Translations under genes and position numbers: made by a program
DNA from: Eledone cirrhosa
Taxonomy: Eukaryota
Length of the DNA: 64,000 nucleotides
Assembly (NCBI GenBank): GCA_964016885.1
Contig: OZ024741.1
Location: 354,764,001-354,828,000, forward strand
Reading direction: 5' to 3'
Shown here: positions 51,546 to 64,000 of the stretch, piece by piece
Numbering within the stretch: the stretch's first letter is position 1
Layout of the letters: every line of letters begins with the position of its first letter
The notes under the pieces: model-generated
The model's input: the letters and a program-made list of their open reading frames with translations, nothing else
Told to the model about the DNA's origin: nothing
The model's database searches: none

Positions 51546-54500
51546 AGAGAAAAGGTAAAGAAAGAGTAGAAGTCCTTGAGTAAGCATAACAACTCCTGTT
51601 ACACACATAACTGCAGATCTCATGTTATGTGATTCGGCATGTAATTGTAAATCGAACTCACCCAACAGCAATCACATGTAGAATGTGTGTCAGGCAGTGT
51701 TGCTTGCATAAATGTTCATTTAGAAGGTGGTGTCATCACTAAATAATCAACTGCCTAATGGATATGCTCAGTATTTATTTGCAAGAGCAGATCATATCCA
51801 GTACCCACAGTATATACTACATCATCACTTACAAAATTCAGAATCCCAGGCCATGTGTTGTCATGGGTGTATCACACGTTTCCTCCGCATTGGCATAGCT
51901 AGACTTTCAGCTATTTAAGGTGTGTACACATAAACAAGGGGTGAATTGGCAGAATAATGACTCTGCTAATTCAGCAGACTAAAAATACTTTAGTATTTGT
52001 TCTAATTTACTGCGCTTTAAATTCAAAACCAGTCAAGGACAACCTTAACATTCATCTTTTCAAAGTTGATAAATAAAGTACCAGCCCACTATTGGGGTTA
52101 ATTCTCTCTCAGCTGTATTCTGATCTGGAAAGGGACAAGCTCAGCTAATGTCAAAGACACAGTGTGGTGACAGTGCACCTATGACTCCATCGGGAGTTAA
52201 TGGGGGAAAAAATCTATAGATATATATGCATGTGCATATATATGTGGGATTGTGTGCACACCATGTGTGTCGTGTGCACAGGTGTATTGGTTTCTGACTG
52301 CTGTCATAGCCTAAAGTATATTATAAGTGTGTATGCACATATGTGTATGTGTACATATATGTTTGCTTGCAGATGTGTGCCTGTGTATATTTTGGTGCTT
52401 AGTTGGAACTGATAGGGCCCATCAGTACATGTGTCTGAGAACTGGGTCCTTAATCACAGATAGTTAGGCATGCCCTATCAGTCTCGATATATCAGGGGTT
52501 TATAATGTGTGTAAGTTGAGTAAGTTCTGTGCACAGATGATAAAACTCTTTCTGAGTTGTGGTTAAGAAGCTTATCCAGGCAAAGAGTATTCCTAAAGCC
52601 TGTATTGTACATATGTGACACTTATGTTTCCATTGTAGGATCCTATACTAGCAGAAATAGTCCACTTCAGTTAATAGGGTGTGTTTCTTCTTTTACTGAC
52701 ATTTTTCTGTTGAAGATACGTTGAGATGAATACATTAGTCATGTATTGTGCAACATGAAATGATCATATGAAATGACACTAATAAAGAGATACAATATAT
52801 TATCATCATCATCATTATTTTACATCTATTTTGCATGCTTGCATGGGTTAGACAGGTTGTCAGATTCTGAGGCTAGGCAGATCAGATGACTGCCTTTTGC
52901 TTACATGTTCCTTTTTGGTATGGTTGTATGGCTGGATGACTTTCCTAATGCCAATTGCTTCACAGCATACAGCAGATATTTTTTTGTGATACCACTGCTA
53001 CCACCTGGGAGGGTGGACTGGGTGCTTTTTATCATGGCAAGGGCACTACCATTTTACAGAGTGAGATGGATGCATTTTATTATGGCACCAGCACTACCAC
53101 TTTACAGTGTGGACTGTAAGTATCTGTTCTCACGGAATTCTCATTCCACTTGTAGCTCTAGTCATTCTACTTCACTAATTCCCTTGGGAAAAGTGTGAGA
53201 ATGTTACAAGTTTGTATTTCATTCAAAATACAAAATACAATGAGGATATTGATGATGCTATGCAGAGAAAAACAAGTAGTATCATACAAATAGAAAATTA
53301 TTTTCCTGTAATTATGGAAGGCATTATAATAATAAATAAATATACATAAAAATAATACTGTTCTCAACGTATAAGGAATACCTTGAGCTGTGAAATTTGA
53401 GATGTTTGGTGAAGCCAGGCCTCTGACAGTGAAACTTTTCGTATCCTTGATGGCTTGTCTTACTGTAGTGTCAGGTGATGTTTGTGAGGTGCTTGGCTAT
53501 TCCAGCACCATGACCTCATTATCACCATATGTGTTTCATTGGATTACCTCAAAAATTCATAGAGGGAAACACCTCTGTATAGTGTCTAATTGGAGGAGTT
53601 TGCATGCCCTTCATTTTTGTTTTCTTCTTCCTGATCCATTTTTACTATTATATGGATTGGCAGTATCGGTAGAGTTACCTCCCTTTACAGTCTGAGTTCA
53701 AATCCCGCCAAGGTTAACTTTGCCTTTCATCCTTACGGGGTCGATAAAATAAAGTACCAGTAATGTACTGGGTAATTGCTGGCCTTGTGCCTAAAGTAGA
53801 AACAATTATATTATATACTAATTAATAAAAGTACAATGACTTTGTCTTCATCCAATAACACTTGATTAGTAATTAAAATAAAAAGAAGCCCTTAAAGCTT
53901 ATACAAAGAAAGTTTTCTATATTCTCAAATGTGCAAAAACATTTCCCCTCTGAATTCTGAATTGTTGACAACATAATATATTGGAAAATATTAAATATTT
54001 TCCAATTAGTAACTTGTAAAGTGTGCTTCGTTGTTATGGTGCCTCAGCCTTGCTATCTCCTATAGAAATGTTGTGAGTGTTTTGGGTCACTTCAAAATAT
54101 TTCAGAATGCATCACTAGCATTCTCTGCTGTAGTGTGTAACTGAGGGAATGTGTATGTTATTACTTGTTATATTCTTGACTCATTTTATCTTTATCTACT
54201 TGCTTTGTCTTATAAAAACATATTTGATATAAAATTGGGGCATTGAGAAATAGAATATAAAATTTCAGTGAGAAGAATAATTCAAAGATGGAAACCAAAA
54301 TATACTGAAGTAAAATTAAAAGTAAAGACTTCTTCACACTCAAAACACAACCTGGTCACAAATTCTGACACATATGAAGTAATCTCATCTGTCTAAGTCC
54401 ACCAATACATGAAATCAACACATCTATGATGTAGTTGATCTAGAATCACTCCTGGGGTGGTATAAATTGTCAGGTGGACAGCTGAACATCTGGATTGGCA

Positions 54501-56248
54501 TGATCAGATTCTACCTTGAGGTAACATCTGGTCTTTGCATATATGGTGTCTGATATTGAAATTGTGATTGATAATATCCACGTTAGACTTCTGTAATTGC
54601 CATTGCAAGGACAGCCTTTATTTGTGAGGCTGTGGATTCACTGGTTGGAGCTAACTCAACCCATCTGAATCCACTTAACTCCAGACTAAACAGGGAAGAA
54701 ATTAGTTACAAATGATATTGCTGACCTCTTTAAAAAAATAAAGCAAATAGTTCACATTAATAGGCAATGCCCTGTTATACCTGGCATTCTTGTCTTGACA
54801 AAAATAGAAGGTAATAAGAAGCATGTTTCAGTCTATTATGTTTCTATCCATTAGGCAATGTGCCAACACTTTGAAAGTAAAACAGGAAATGTCATAAGTG
54901 AAATTACACTTTATGACAATGGAATATGTTTGTACAAACTTACAAAGGAATCAAGGCAAATATCCAGATATTTTTTATCAACAAAGTCGGTAGTGAGTAG
55001 CACAAAATACCTTGTGGTGTTTGTCCTGAATCTTTGTGTTTTGAGTTCAAATCCTGCTGAAGTCAATTTTGCTTCTCATTCTTTCAAGGTCAATAAATAA
55101 AGTACAAGTTCAGGGTGATGGATTTTGCGAAATTATTAGATTATTGTATTTGTTCTCACGCTTTGCATTCTGAGTTCAAATCCTGCTGTGGGCTACATGC
55201 ATGGTAGACTTAGTCAGTCATCCAATATAACACTACCACCTGGCCATTGGGTGTCTTCGGCAGAATCCACTGTTGCAAGTATCCAGGCCAGATCTCTGGT
55301 TTGAAAATATCTTCCTTCTTCACTCCCACCAGTTTCTGAGATTCTGAAAAGGATCATGATCCCTAATTTTCTGTCCACAATGATATTGTATATAAAGATA
55401 AGGTATTTATACATACAGTGTTGGCTAAAACATCTATAGATATATTCTATAGTACATAACATTGAAAAAACCCTGTTAACACATCAGGAATTTATTTATT
55501 GAACTTGCCGTCAAAAATACTTTCATTGTCGTAACGTTTTTACATTGACTTTTTCATGCTGGCATGCTTTGTACAGGACTTTTTATAGCCTGATGTTTGT
55601 CCTGACACCAATGCTTTAGTCAATTTCTATGACATACAACAATACAGTGTCTTTATTCTAAACCGAAAACACACGGATAAGACTGAAAGCAGTTTACTTA
55701 CAAGACTATGTTTTTTATTTTCCTTTAACCAGATGAAGCACTATATACGCAAATTGGTTTCTCCAATATACTTAAGCCCTTAGTAATAGTGGATTTATAA
55801 ATGTCTCTGTGGACAGTTGAAGGTTACTCAGACATTTGGTCCTATCCTTGGCTCTCCAGCCTCCAGACGAATGTACCACCAGACCCCCCCCCAATCATGC
55901 TCATACTACGATAAAATCTTTGTTTGGCTATCCACTACCAGGTAGATTACACATTTGATTCTAAGAGATTCCAAGACACTGTATATAGATTTCTATCCAA
56001 TTTATTTCAGCTCCCAGTAACAATGGGCTTATAAGCAGTGTTTCTGTGGACAGTCAAAGAAGGTGCATGGTTGCTGATAAAACCAAGCATAGGATTAAAA
56101 CCTGTCTAGCTGATCCCTATTTTACTGTCCATGAAAATATTGTGTTTAAGGACAAGACATTTACATCTGTCTGTACATACAGTGCTGGCTAAAAAATACA
56201 GCGTTGACAGTTAACATCAATAATTCATTGATTTTTCTCTCTTTATAG

Positions 56249-56348
56249 TATCACTGGAAGAAAATTAAAAGTGCAGTTACTTGGAGCCCTTTCTTGCAAC
56301 AATTGAAGAAAAAGAAATATCCATGGGTCCAATTGGCAGGTCATCAAG
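56249..56348 (+). CDS. ITPK: ITPK exon: calmodulin-binding segment and start of catalytic domain ([33 protein letters not shown])
   Basis: Acceptor ctttatAG at 56247-56248, donor G|GTAATC at 56349. W..I...V.WSPF and [10 protein letters not shown] are IP3 3-kinase hallmarks. 100 nt, phase 0 to 1. Confidence 0.95.
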
Positions 56349-57223
56349 GTAATCTTCTTCTTTGGTTCCATTTGCTCCACACTGAGCATTAGGTGGTGGG
56401 AGATTTCCATTCAGCATAGTCACAAACCTTGTCACACGCCTGCTCCCAGATCAGGTTTCTGCTCATCGTTTCTGTAGCAATTTTGATTAATGAAGGCAAG
56501 ATTGTTATCCTCACACTTCATCCTTCCTCCTTTTTCAAAACAGGCCAAAAGGGAACCTCATATTTCAAAGTCAAAAGGAAAGGTTCTATAACCCTGGATT
56601 GGGGCCCATTTCAGGTACTGTCAGCTGGAGTTAGCTGAGCCTAGGACTCAAATCACTTTACTTTATTTTTGAAGGAACATTAAATAATTCTATGCCCAAT
56701 AGTGAAATAGTGTTTCTTTAAATCATTTCACTCTATTTTTAAAGAAACAGTGGGCAACAGTACATTTAGTTTTGAAATAATATTTCTTTAAACCCTTGAT
56801 TAATATCTAGTATTGAAACAACATTTCTTCAAGGTTATACCTTTTATTAATTTTGGCAAATAGCATTTATATCGGTTAGATTTACAGGAAAGGAAAATAT
56901 CAGAAGGTATCACAGTATTAAGTAACAACCAAGAAAAACTATGTAGAAACAAAAATATAGTTTTTCATTTACACTATATAAGATTAATGTAGCAATACTA
57001 TGTAAAAAAATAATGTACACAAATAATCCAAAATTGATCGCAAAGAAAATAACTTAATGCGGTGTGTGAATGCCAGGCCAAACAAATAAATACTTTAGTA
57101 AATTTAACTCGGTTAGTTTTTTATTTTTTCTGTTTGATATAGGAAGTTCCCTCAATTTATTGTACATTAACATATTATATTATATAACTAACAAATAGTT
57201 TATCGCTCTACATGTCTGAATAC

Positions 57224-57478
57224 AATAAATGTAATCTGAGTTTTTCAAATATTAATAATGATATTCGGTTCATTTGCAATTATGCAAACAGCTTCTTTAA
57301 AGCCATGTCAGTAGAATGTTGGCATGCAAACAGAACAACTGAAGTTCTGTTTGCATGCCAACACAAGAGTAAGAATGACGGGTCATTCTACTGACATGGC
57401 TTTAAAGAAGCTGTTTGCATAATTGCAAACGAACCGAATATCATTATTAATATTCGAAAAACTCAGATTACATTTATT
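57224..57478. repeat. Nested inverted repeat (95-bp outer arms with internal 20-bp and 8-bp hairpins)
   Basis: Outer arms 57224-57318 and 57384-57478; inner hairpin 57317-57336 with 57344-57363; small hairpin 57372-57379 with 57382-57389. Confidence 0.9.
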
Positions 57479-58296
57479 ATAATATATATTTTACAAAAAG
57501 AACTTATACAATGATGGAAATATGAATTAAAAAAGGATAAAACCAAAATTAAGTAATGAAAAAAAGGTGGGGAAGGGGTAAAGAAGGACAGAGCTGGCTG
57601 TATAGGAAAGTAGAAGAAAATACTATAAAGATCAAAATGAAACACAAATATTCATGTGTTTAAAAGAATCCATTTTACACAAGATGTTATAGGTGGGAAG
57701 AAATTTGCAAAGATACAAATCCAAAGAGTGCAGATCAGGAGAAATATGAAGATTTCTCAACTAGCTTTTGATTTTTATCTAATTTTATAATCTGCTAGAA
57801 TATCCTTAATTAGTGACAAGCTAATTGTATCCAACAAAAGGGCATAACTCAATAGTTATAGAGAGAGTGTGTTGACGGATGAGGCAATCTCATTTCCTTG
57901 GTATGTCCTAAGGTTGGGTGGTTCCATTCTACAGGCATGGTCAAGAAATTTTATTTAAAATTACACTTGTAGTGATGAGAAAAAAAATCACTATCTTAAT
58001 TATTAATTTTTGTCAAGAAAGGTAAAGGAGACATCCTGCAATTTAAATTAATTAAAATAACTTACAAATAGAAGGCAGTGAAAAGTAAGCAAGGTGACAG
58101 TGACGTGACAATTCCAGATATGTTTCAATCTTATTTGAACTCATGTAACTGTAGAGCCTCATAACAGCACTTGACCTGCTAGAAATAGCAGTCAAATCAC
58201 CTCCTACTATTTTAACATGGACAGAACACATTGAACAATCTAGTCTGGAATATACAAAAAGACAGGTTGGTTAATGCTGGAATCATCATCATCATC

Positions 58297-60870
58297 CTTG
58301 AACTAGTGCTGGACTCAAACTGGTCACAAGTAGTCACCTCTCCAACAAGAGGTGACAACACTTTGGACCTGATCTTCACCACTACTCCTGAAGTGGTTAT
58401 CAGTTGTACTACTGAGGAACCTCTAGGCTACTCTGATCATGCTATGATCATTGCCAATCTGGCACTTGAGGGCAGCAACAAAAACCAGGGCCATCTCCAA
58501 TCTGCTTACTTTGATTGGAAGAGGGCGGATTGGAACTTGTACTGCACTGAGCTACAGCGCCCAAACTGGCATGAGATGTATAACTCTGGAGATGTGAACT
58601 CTATACTCCAGAGCATCCTGGACTCAATATGGATAGCGTGTGCAGCATCAGTGCCACGGAAGCGGAAAAATAACCAAAAGTGCAATCTGGGAAACTTCAG
58701 CGGTCCGACTTGCCAGGAAAGAACGTCGGAACGCTGAACGGGAATATAAACTGCATAGATCAGATGCCAACAGAAAAAAGCGGAATAAATCTTCTAACCA
58801 TCTCAAGCAAGTGACAAAGAAGGCAGTGCTTGAATTTGAACAGTGCATCGCAACCAATCCTGACAGTAAGGTGTTCTGGAAATATGTTCATTCAAAGCAG
58901 AGACCTCACTCTCCAGTTGGTCCTCTTCGCAATCCCCACACAAGCCAGATCACTGACGATCCCAAGGAATGCGCAGAACTCATTGCTGAGTGCTATGCAA
59001 GTATTTTTACTGTTGAAGACCAGAATGTACCATCTCCACCATCTCTAACATCAAATTCCATAACAACTATGGAATTTACACCTGCAATGTTGCGACGTCA
59101 CCTTAAGAATAAGCGCAACTATGCCTCCCCTGGTCTTGATGGTGTGACATACCTGCTTCTCAAACGTGGCGGGGATTTCCTTTTGCGCCAGCTTTCTTTT
59201 TTCTTTCAATACTGTCTCAGCAATGGTGCTACTCCGGAGCAGTGGAAAACTGCCAGTGTCATTCCCCTGTTCAAAAAGGGCAACCGCATGTCACCTGTCA
59301 ACTATCGTCCAGTCAGTCTTACTAGCTGTATGGCCAAACTGATGGAATCCTGTGTCAGAGAAACACTTTGGAACTTCTGGAGCTCTCACAGCCTCATCCG
59401 GCCCTCACAGTTTGGATTTATCCCTAACTCCAGCTGCTGTGATCAGCTTATCGAGTTTCTTGAGGACATCACTCGGATCACTGACAGCGGCTCATGGGTG
59501 GATGTTGTTTACCTTGACTTTGCTAAGGCTTTTAATTCTGTGCCACACAAAAAACTTATGGCAAAACTCTCTGCAATGGGTGTGAGGGATGATCTTTTCG
59601 ACTGGCTGAAATCCTTCATTCTCAGCCGAAAGGAAGTAGTCACGGTTCTAGGACAGCATTCTTCACCATATGAGATGTCATCTGGTGTACCACAGGGATC
59701 TGTTCTTGGTCCTCTTTTGTTTGTGGCATATATTAATGACATAGATGCCAACTTACAGAATGCCACGGTACTAAAATATGCAGATGACATCAAGCTGTAC
59801 CTTGAAATCAAAAGGACTGATCCTGAAATTTACAACTCTTTCCTACAATCAGACCTGGACACAATGCAGCAATGGATCACAGACTGGCAACTGAAGCTGG
59901 CTGTGGACAAGTGTACCACCATGCATTTTGGAAGGAAAAATCCAGCGTCCACATACTCCCTCCACAACACTGACATCAAAAAGTCCTCTTGTGAACGTGA
60001 CCTGGGCATTACTGTCAGCAACGATTTGCGTTGGACAAAGCATGTCTCTAAGATTGTCAAGAAGGCCGAGGGTGTCTTGGCATCACTCAGCAAGACCTTT
60101 GTTAGCCGCTCTCCAGCCATCTATTTAAAGCTGTATACAGCTATGGTGCGACCACACTTGGAATTCGCATCATCAGTCTGGAACCCCTATCTTGCTCGGA
60201 ACATTGACCTCCTGGAAACTGTTCAGAGACGTGCAACCAAGCGCATACCCTCCATCAGACACCTACCATACTCTGAACGCCTTGCTTCCCTGGGCATGGA
60301 TTCATTGAAGCTCCGACGTCTGGCAATGGACTTGGTGAATACCCACAAAGTTTTTAACCATCTCGCCAACTGCAACCCTGAGCGCCTCTTTGATCTCCAT
60401 GTGTCTAACACACGTGGACATGCCTACAAGATAAGAAAACAGCACAGCTCCCATGACTTTCGCAGACATTTTTTCACGCTCAGAGTTGCTGAAGCATGGA
60501 ACAAACTGCCTGCGTCAATTGTTAGCTGCCGAGACACTGCATCCTTTAAGACACTCATGCTTCCCAAAATACGCCAAAACTACACCTGATGTACCCCTTC
60601 CATACACATGCACACATGTGTGTATCATGACTCGTGCACTGTTCATTTTACTGATGTTTGTGCATTGCCCTATGTACTGTACATGCACTTTTTTGATGAG
60701 TTGTGGTGCACCTGGGCACTGTGCACAATATTTCATTATTGTTATTATATCATGACTCATACACTGTTTATTTTCCTGACATTTGTACATTATTCTATGT
60801 ACTATACATGCACCTTTGATGAGTTGTAGTGCACCTGAGCACTGTACACAATAATTTCATTATTATTATT
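58297..60870 (+). mobile_element. CR1/L2-clade LINE, 5'-truncated, with uninterrupted RT and duplicated 3'UTR block ending in (ATT)n
   Basis: ORF 58231-58737 (PTRGDNTLDLIF, SDH) frameshifts into the 649-aa ORF 58640-60589 (SPGLDG, NYRPVSLTS, YLDFAKAF, SGVPQGSVLGPLLF, YADD, RPHLEFASSVWNP, FFTLRVAEAWNKLP). Confidence 0.95.
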
Positions 60871-61385
60871 ATCATCGTTTAACGTCCATATTCCACGCTT
60901 GCATGGGTTTGGACGGGAGTTTTCCCACTTGAGGCAAGATTGGTTGACTTGCTCGTATAGGACTGTCTGGCGGGTTTTCTACAGCTGGATGCCCTTCCTA
61001 ACACCAACCACATTTACAGTGTGGGACTGGGAGGTTTTTACCGTGTTACCTACACGGCCACATTACAGCGTGGACTGTGTGTTTTTTTTGTCGTGACACC
61101 TATACGACCTCATTTGTTTCGGCCTGGATGTTGTGGTACCAACATAACTTTACATTGAAAGGGGCGGTGTGGATGGGGGGGGGGGGTATTTTGTTAGAAG
61201 TGCCTACTGACTGTAGTAGGTTTTACTTTGTATTTAGGTAAGGCGGGTCTTCTCTATTACTGAGTACCGCCAAAGATCTCGGTCCAGTGACATTGTCTTG
61301 GAGAGGTGTAAGTGTGTGAGGTCGGAATTTATCAAGTCGTCCCACGTTTTTCTGGGTCTGCCTACTCCGTGGCTACCGTCTATCA
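60871..61385 (-). mobile_element. RTE 3'-end fragment
   Basis: Near-identical to 4785-5330, including the 5' breakpoint. Confidence 0.9.
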
Positions 61386-62215
61386 TGGAATGCCTTTGAT
61401 TATAGGTCAACTTGTTCAGGGTAGGCCTGGGGCTAAACAATAACTACAACACCTAGCTGAATAACATTTAAGTCTACTCTACTGGATTTAGTCATGCTTC
61501 ACTTTGGCCAGAGATGTTATCATGACTTATAGGACCTAGTTACATACAGTTGAAACTAACTGGCTATGAGACAGTAATTGTTAGTTTAAACATTCTCTCT
61601 GCATGTAAACTAACTACATTGTCCAACTTAAAATTATGAAATAAGTGAAAAACAAGTTTTTTTCTGTGTTTTTCCAAATGATGTAATTGCTTCAGTTTTA
61701 ACACCCAGTCTCTTATCAAACAAGTACAATTTCAAAACTAGAATTGTATTGGAAGTGAAAAGTTGATTTAGTTTATAAGAACTGAATTTCTTCTTTTTTT
61801 TTTTTCCTGTTTATTCTGAGTGGTAAGAGCAACACTCATGACCCCTTTTTAAGGCCTCAAGATGGAGGAAGATATCCTTAAATCAGAGACTTTGTCTCTG
61901 CAACACTATATTCAGCTAAAGTCACCCAAGGGCTAGTGGGTGGTATTAAACAAGGCAACAGATTAAATTTACCACCCAAGTAGACCACATCTTCCAAACT
62001 CCAGCTTAATAATGAGAAAGTTGGTTATATTACTAAATCTCTTGAAATTCTTGATAATTTTCAAAATTATTTGAAAATCATAGGCAGTGTCTCTCATTAG
62101 AAATATGGTAACAAAAGGATTAATGATTACAAATTGTAAATTATTATTTAATTGGTTTTAACTGGTTAGTAGTAAGTATATAATTAAAATTATATTCTTA
62201 CTTTACTTTTTTCAG

Positions 62216-62359
62216 GCTGTTTTCAAGCTGGAGAACAAGGAACAATTCTGAAGAAGCTGAATACAAATGAACAAAAATGCTATAAGGTCCTGGAAGATGA
62301 CAATTTGAATGATTTTATTCCTGCAGCTCGTGGTGAAGTGGTCAAAGATAATGGTGAAA
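62216..62359 (+). CDS. ITPK: ITPK catalytic exon (GCFQAGEQGTILKKLNTNEQKCYKVLEDDNLNDFIPAARGEVVKDNGE)
   Basis: Acceptor tttttcAG at 62214-62215, donor A|GTTAGT at 62360. 144 nt, phase 1 to 1. Matches the IP3K pattern G.F.AG..G.ILKK....E..C...L..D.L..F.P...G.V..DGE. Confidence 0.95.
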
Positions 62360-62479
62360 GTTAGTATAGCTACTACTCAATTCTTTTTCATTAACTCATT
62401 GGTTAATAAATCTTTTTATAAGGGCAATGAATTGGTTGAACTGTTATTGTCTAAGGTTATTATTTTTTTTTATTTACTA

Positions 62480-62960
62480 TTTAGTCAGGCATATGCAGCG
62501 TACTGGCAGAGTTCTTAGAATATCAGACAAAATACTTTGCAGCATTCATTCTGGCTCTGTGCTCTGAGGTCAGCTTTGCCTTTCATCCTTCTGAGATTAA
62601 TAAAATTGCTTTGCTGGGTTTTAACTCCTAATGTCCTGTACCACATGAAACCACATTAGCAAGACATTCTGGAAAAATTCAAATCAGCATCATGACTGCA
62701 TCACGTTAAAAATTAAGACTATATTTTCGTTTATTGCATATTTTCACAATAATATATCTACTAGTAAAGACACTATAAATATTTGAATTAAAAAAAGCCA
62801 GTTTTAGATATTTTCTGCTAAATCGTTACTGAATATTAAGAGTTAACTTTGTGATGGACTGGCATCTTGTCCAGGAGAGAGTTTGGTACTCTCATTTACT
62901 TAATACCTCATTGAAACTGATAAGTTCTAGACTGATGAGCCTCTAGGTTTGATAAAGATT
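62480..62960 (+). mobile_element. Old SINE with Nin-domain-like core, split by a TTAA MITE (62621-62846); relative at ~34130-34355
   Basis: ..gatggactggcatcttgtccaggagagag..gaaactgataagttc..ctgatgagcc resembles the Nin SINE domain as I recall it. Confidence 0.5.
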
Positions 62961-63423
62961 TATATCTATGGTAACTAGATTTTAAAAAGTGAGCATACTG
63001 GTGTCACAATAAAATGGACCCAGCCTATACTGTAAAGTAGTAGTGCTGGTACTATGAAAAAAGCAATCAATCCACCCTGTCAGATGGTAGTGGTAGTGCC
63101 ACATGAAAACAAACCTGGTATATGCCATGAAGTGGCTGGCATTAGGAAAGGCATCCAGCTGTAGAAAGCATGCCAAAATGGACTGAATGTGCAAGACTCA
63201 GTTGTCTGACCTCCCATGTCTAGTGTCAAAATGTGATAACCCATCTAACCCATGCAAGCTTAGAAAATAGGTATAAAATAGTGATGATGATGATGATACA
63301 TAGCTCTTTTAGTTTTCAATGTTGAACTATAGATGAAAGGCATAAACCTATAACATATTTTCCTGAGAAATTCATATTTATTAACCAATGAATAGTTATA
63401 TATTGTTTTCTTTGTTTCACTAG

Positions 63424-63551
63424 AATTTCTTCAGTTGGAAGATTTACTTGCTTCTTTTGACTCACCTTGTGTGATGGATGTAAAGATGGGAATTCGGACA
63501 TATTTAGAAGATGAGTTAAAGAAAGCCAGAGAAAACCCTAAACTCCGTGCT
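63424..63551 (+). CDS. ITPK: ITPK catalytic exon with PxxxDxKxG motif ([43 protein letters not shown]); gene continues beyond window
   Basis: Acceptor tttcactAG at 63422-63423, donor GCT|GTATGT at 63552. 128 nt, phase 1 to 0. PCVMDVKMG is the inositol-phosphate kinase signature. Confidence 0.97.
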
Positions 63552-63649
63552 GTATGTACCATTTCAATAGACAATACTGTTTTACGATACATAGAATGTT
63601 ACGATACATTCCATGTTTTGCCTATTTACCACTAGATTTAGATTGATTA

Positions 63650-63842
63650 TTGTTATATTTGGGAAGGGTCATGTTATAATATTGCCAGAAATATATAGTA
63701 AAACACACTCACTCTTTGGTTTGTGTTGGTTTTCATTTCAGTATATTTTATATTTCTATAATAACAACATGACCCTTTCCAAATATAACATTATTTATTT
63801 CAACACGCGATTTCATATAAAAAACATTGCAAAACAAATTCA
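63650..63842 (+). mobile_element. Miniature fold-back member of the 1233-2548 PLE family with 12-bp TSD
   Basis: Inverted termini tgttatatttgggaagggtcatgtt and aacatgaccctttccaaatataaca. Same tail as 2493-2541. TTAGATTGATTA at 63638-63649 and 63843-63854. Confidence 0.8.
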
Positions 63843-64000
63843 TTAGATTGATTAGTTTTCTATAAATAAAGATTTTACTATTTTACATTTTGTTAGTGTT
63901 TTAAGGCCATTTTTCGTTGCTAAAGCAGGCCCATGACAAACTTCATACTCATCATGGGGTCCTTTTTGAGGCAGTGTTTTACAGCTGTATGCCTTTTAAG

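Noticed and set aside
51727-51918. Unique-looking 63-aa ORF inside the ITPK intron
   Set aside because: In-frame stop before the nearest GT donor, no recognisable motifs, no phase-compatible exon found.
62912-62950. GAAAC...CTGATGAG as a hammerhead
   Set aside because: Stems I and II cannot form convincingly; better explained as a Nin-like SINE segment (similar at ~34335).

Overview
AT-rich, microsatellite-rich eukaryotic (animal) genomic DNA. The repeat landscape resembles a cephalopod (octopus-like) genome, which is inference only. The one host gene is an inositol-1,4,5-trisphosphate 3-kinase (ITPK/IP3K) on the + strand. It has four phase-compatible GT-AG exons (25997-27183, 56249-56348, 62216-62359, 63424-63551) and continues past the window end. 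A probable alternative first coding exon lies at 47461-47640. The rest is intron or intergenic DNA filled with transposon remnants: RTE, CR1/L2, CRE and R4/Dong-like LINEs, Penelope-like elements (PLEs), a Helitron, TTAA- and TA-type MITEs, tRNA-derived SINEs and long (TA)n arrays. The most striking signal is a set of fold-back (palindromic) PLE-derived elements, often inserted in (TA)n, that carry minimal type-I hammerhead ribozymes (HHRs) with palindromic stem III. About five sequence families are present. Examples are a perfect 442-bp palindrome with an HHR on each strand (3983-4424), a 542-bp-arm inverted repeat around a GIY-YIG C-terminus (1233-2492), and further HHRs near 5.4, 12.4, 18.6, 25.1, 29.5, 37.1 and 44.3 kb. 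All calls come from reading the sequence by eye; no database searches were run.
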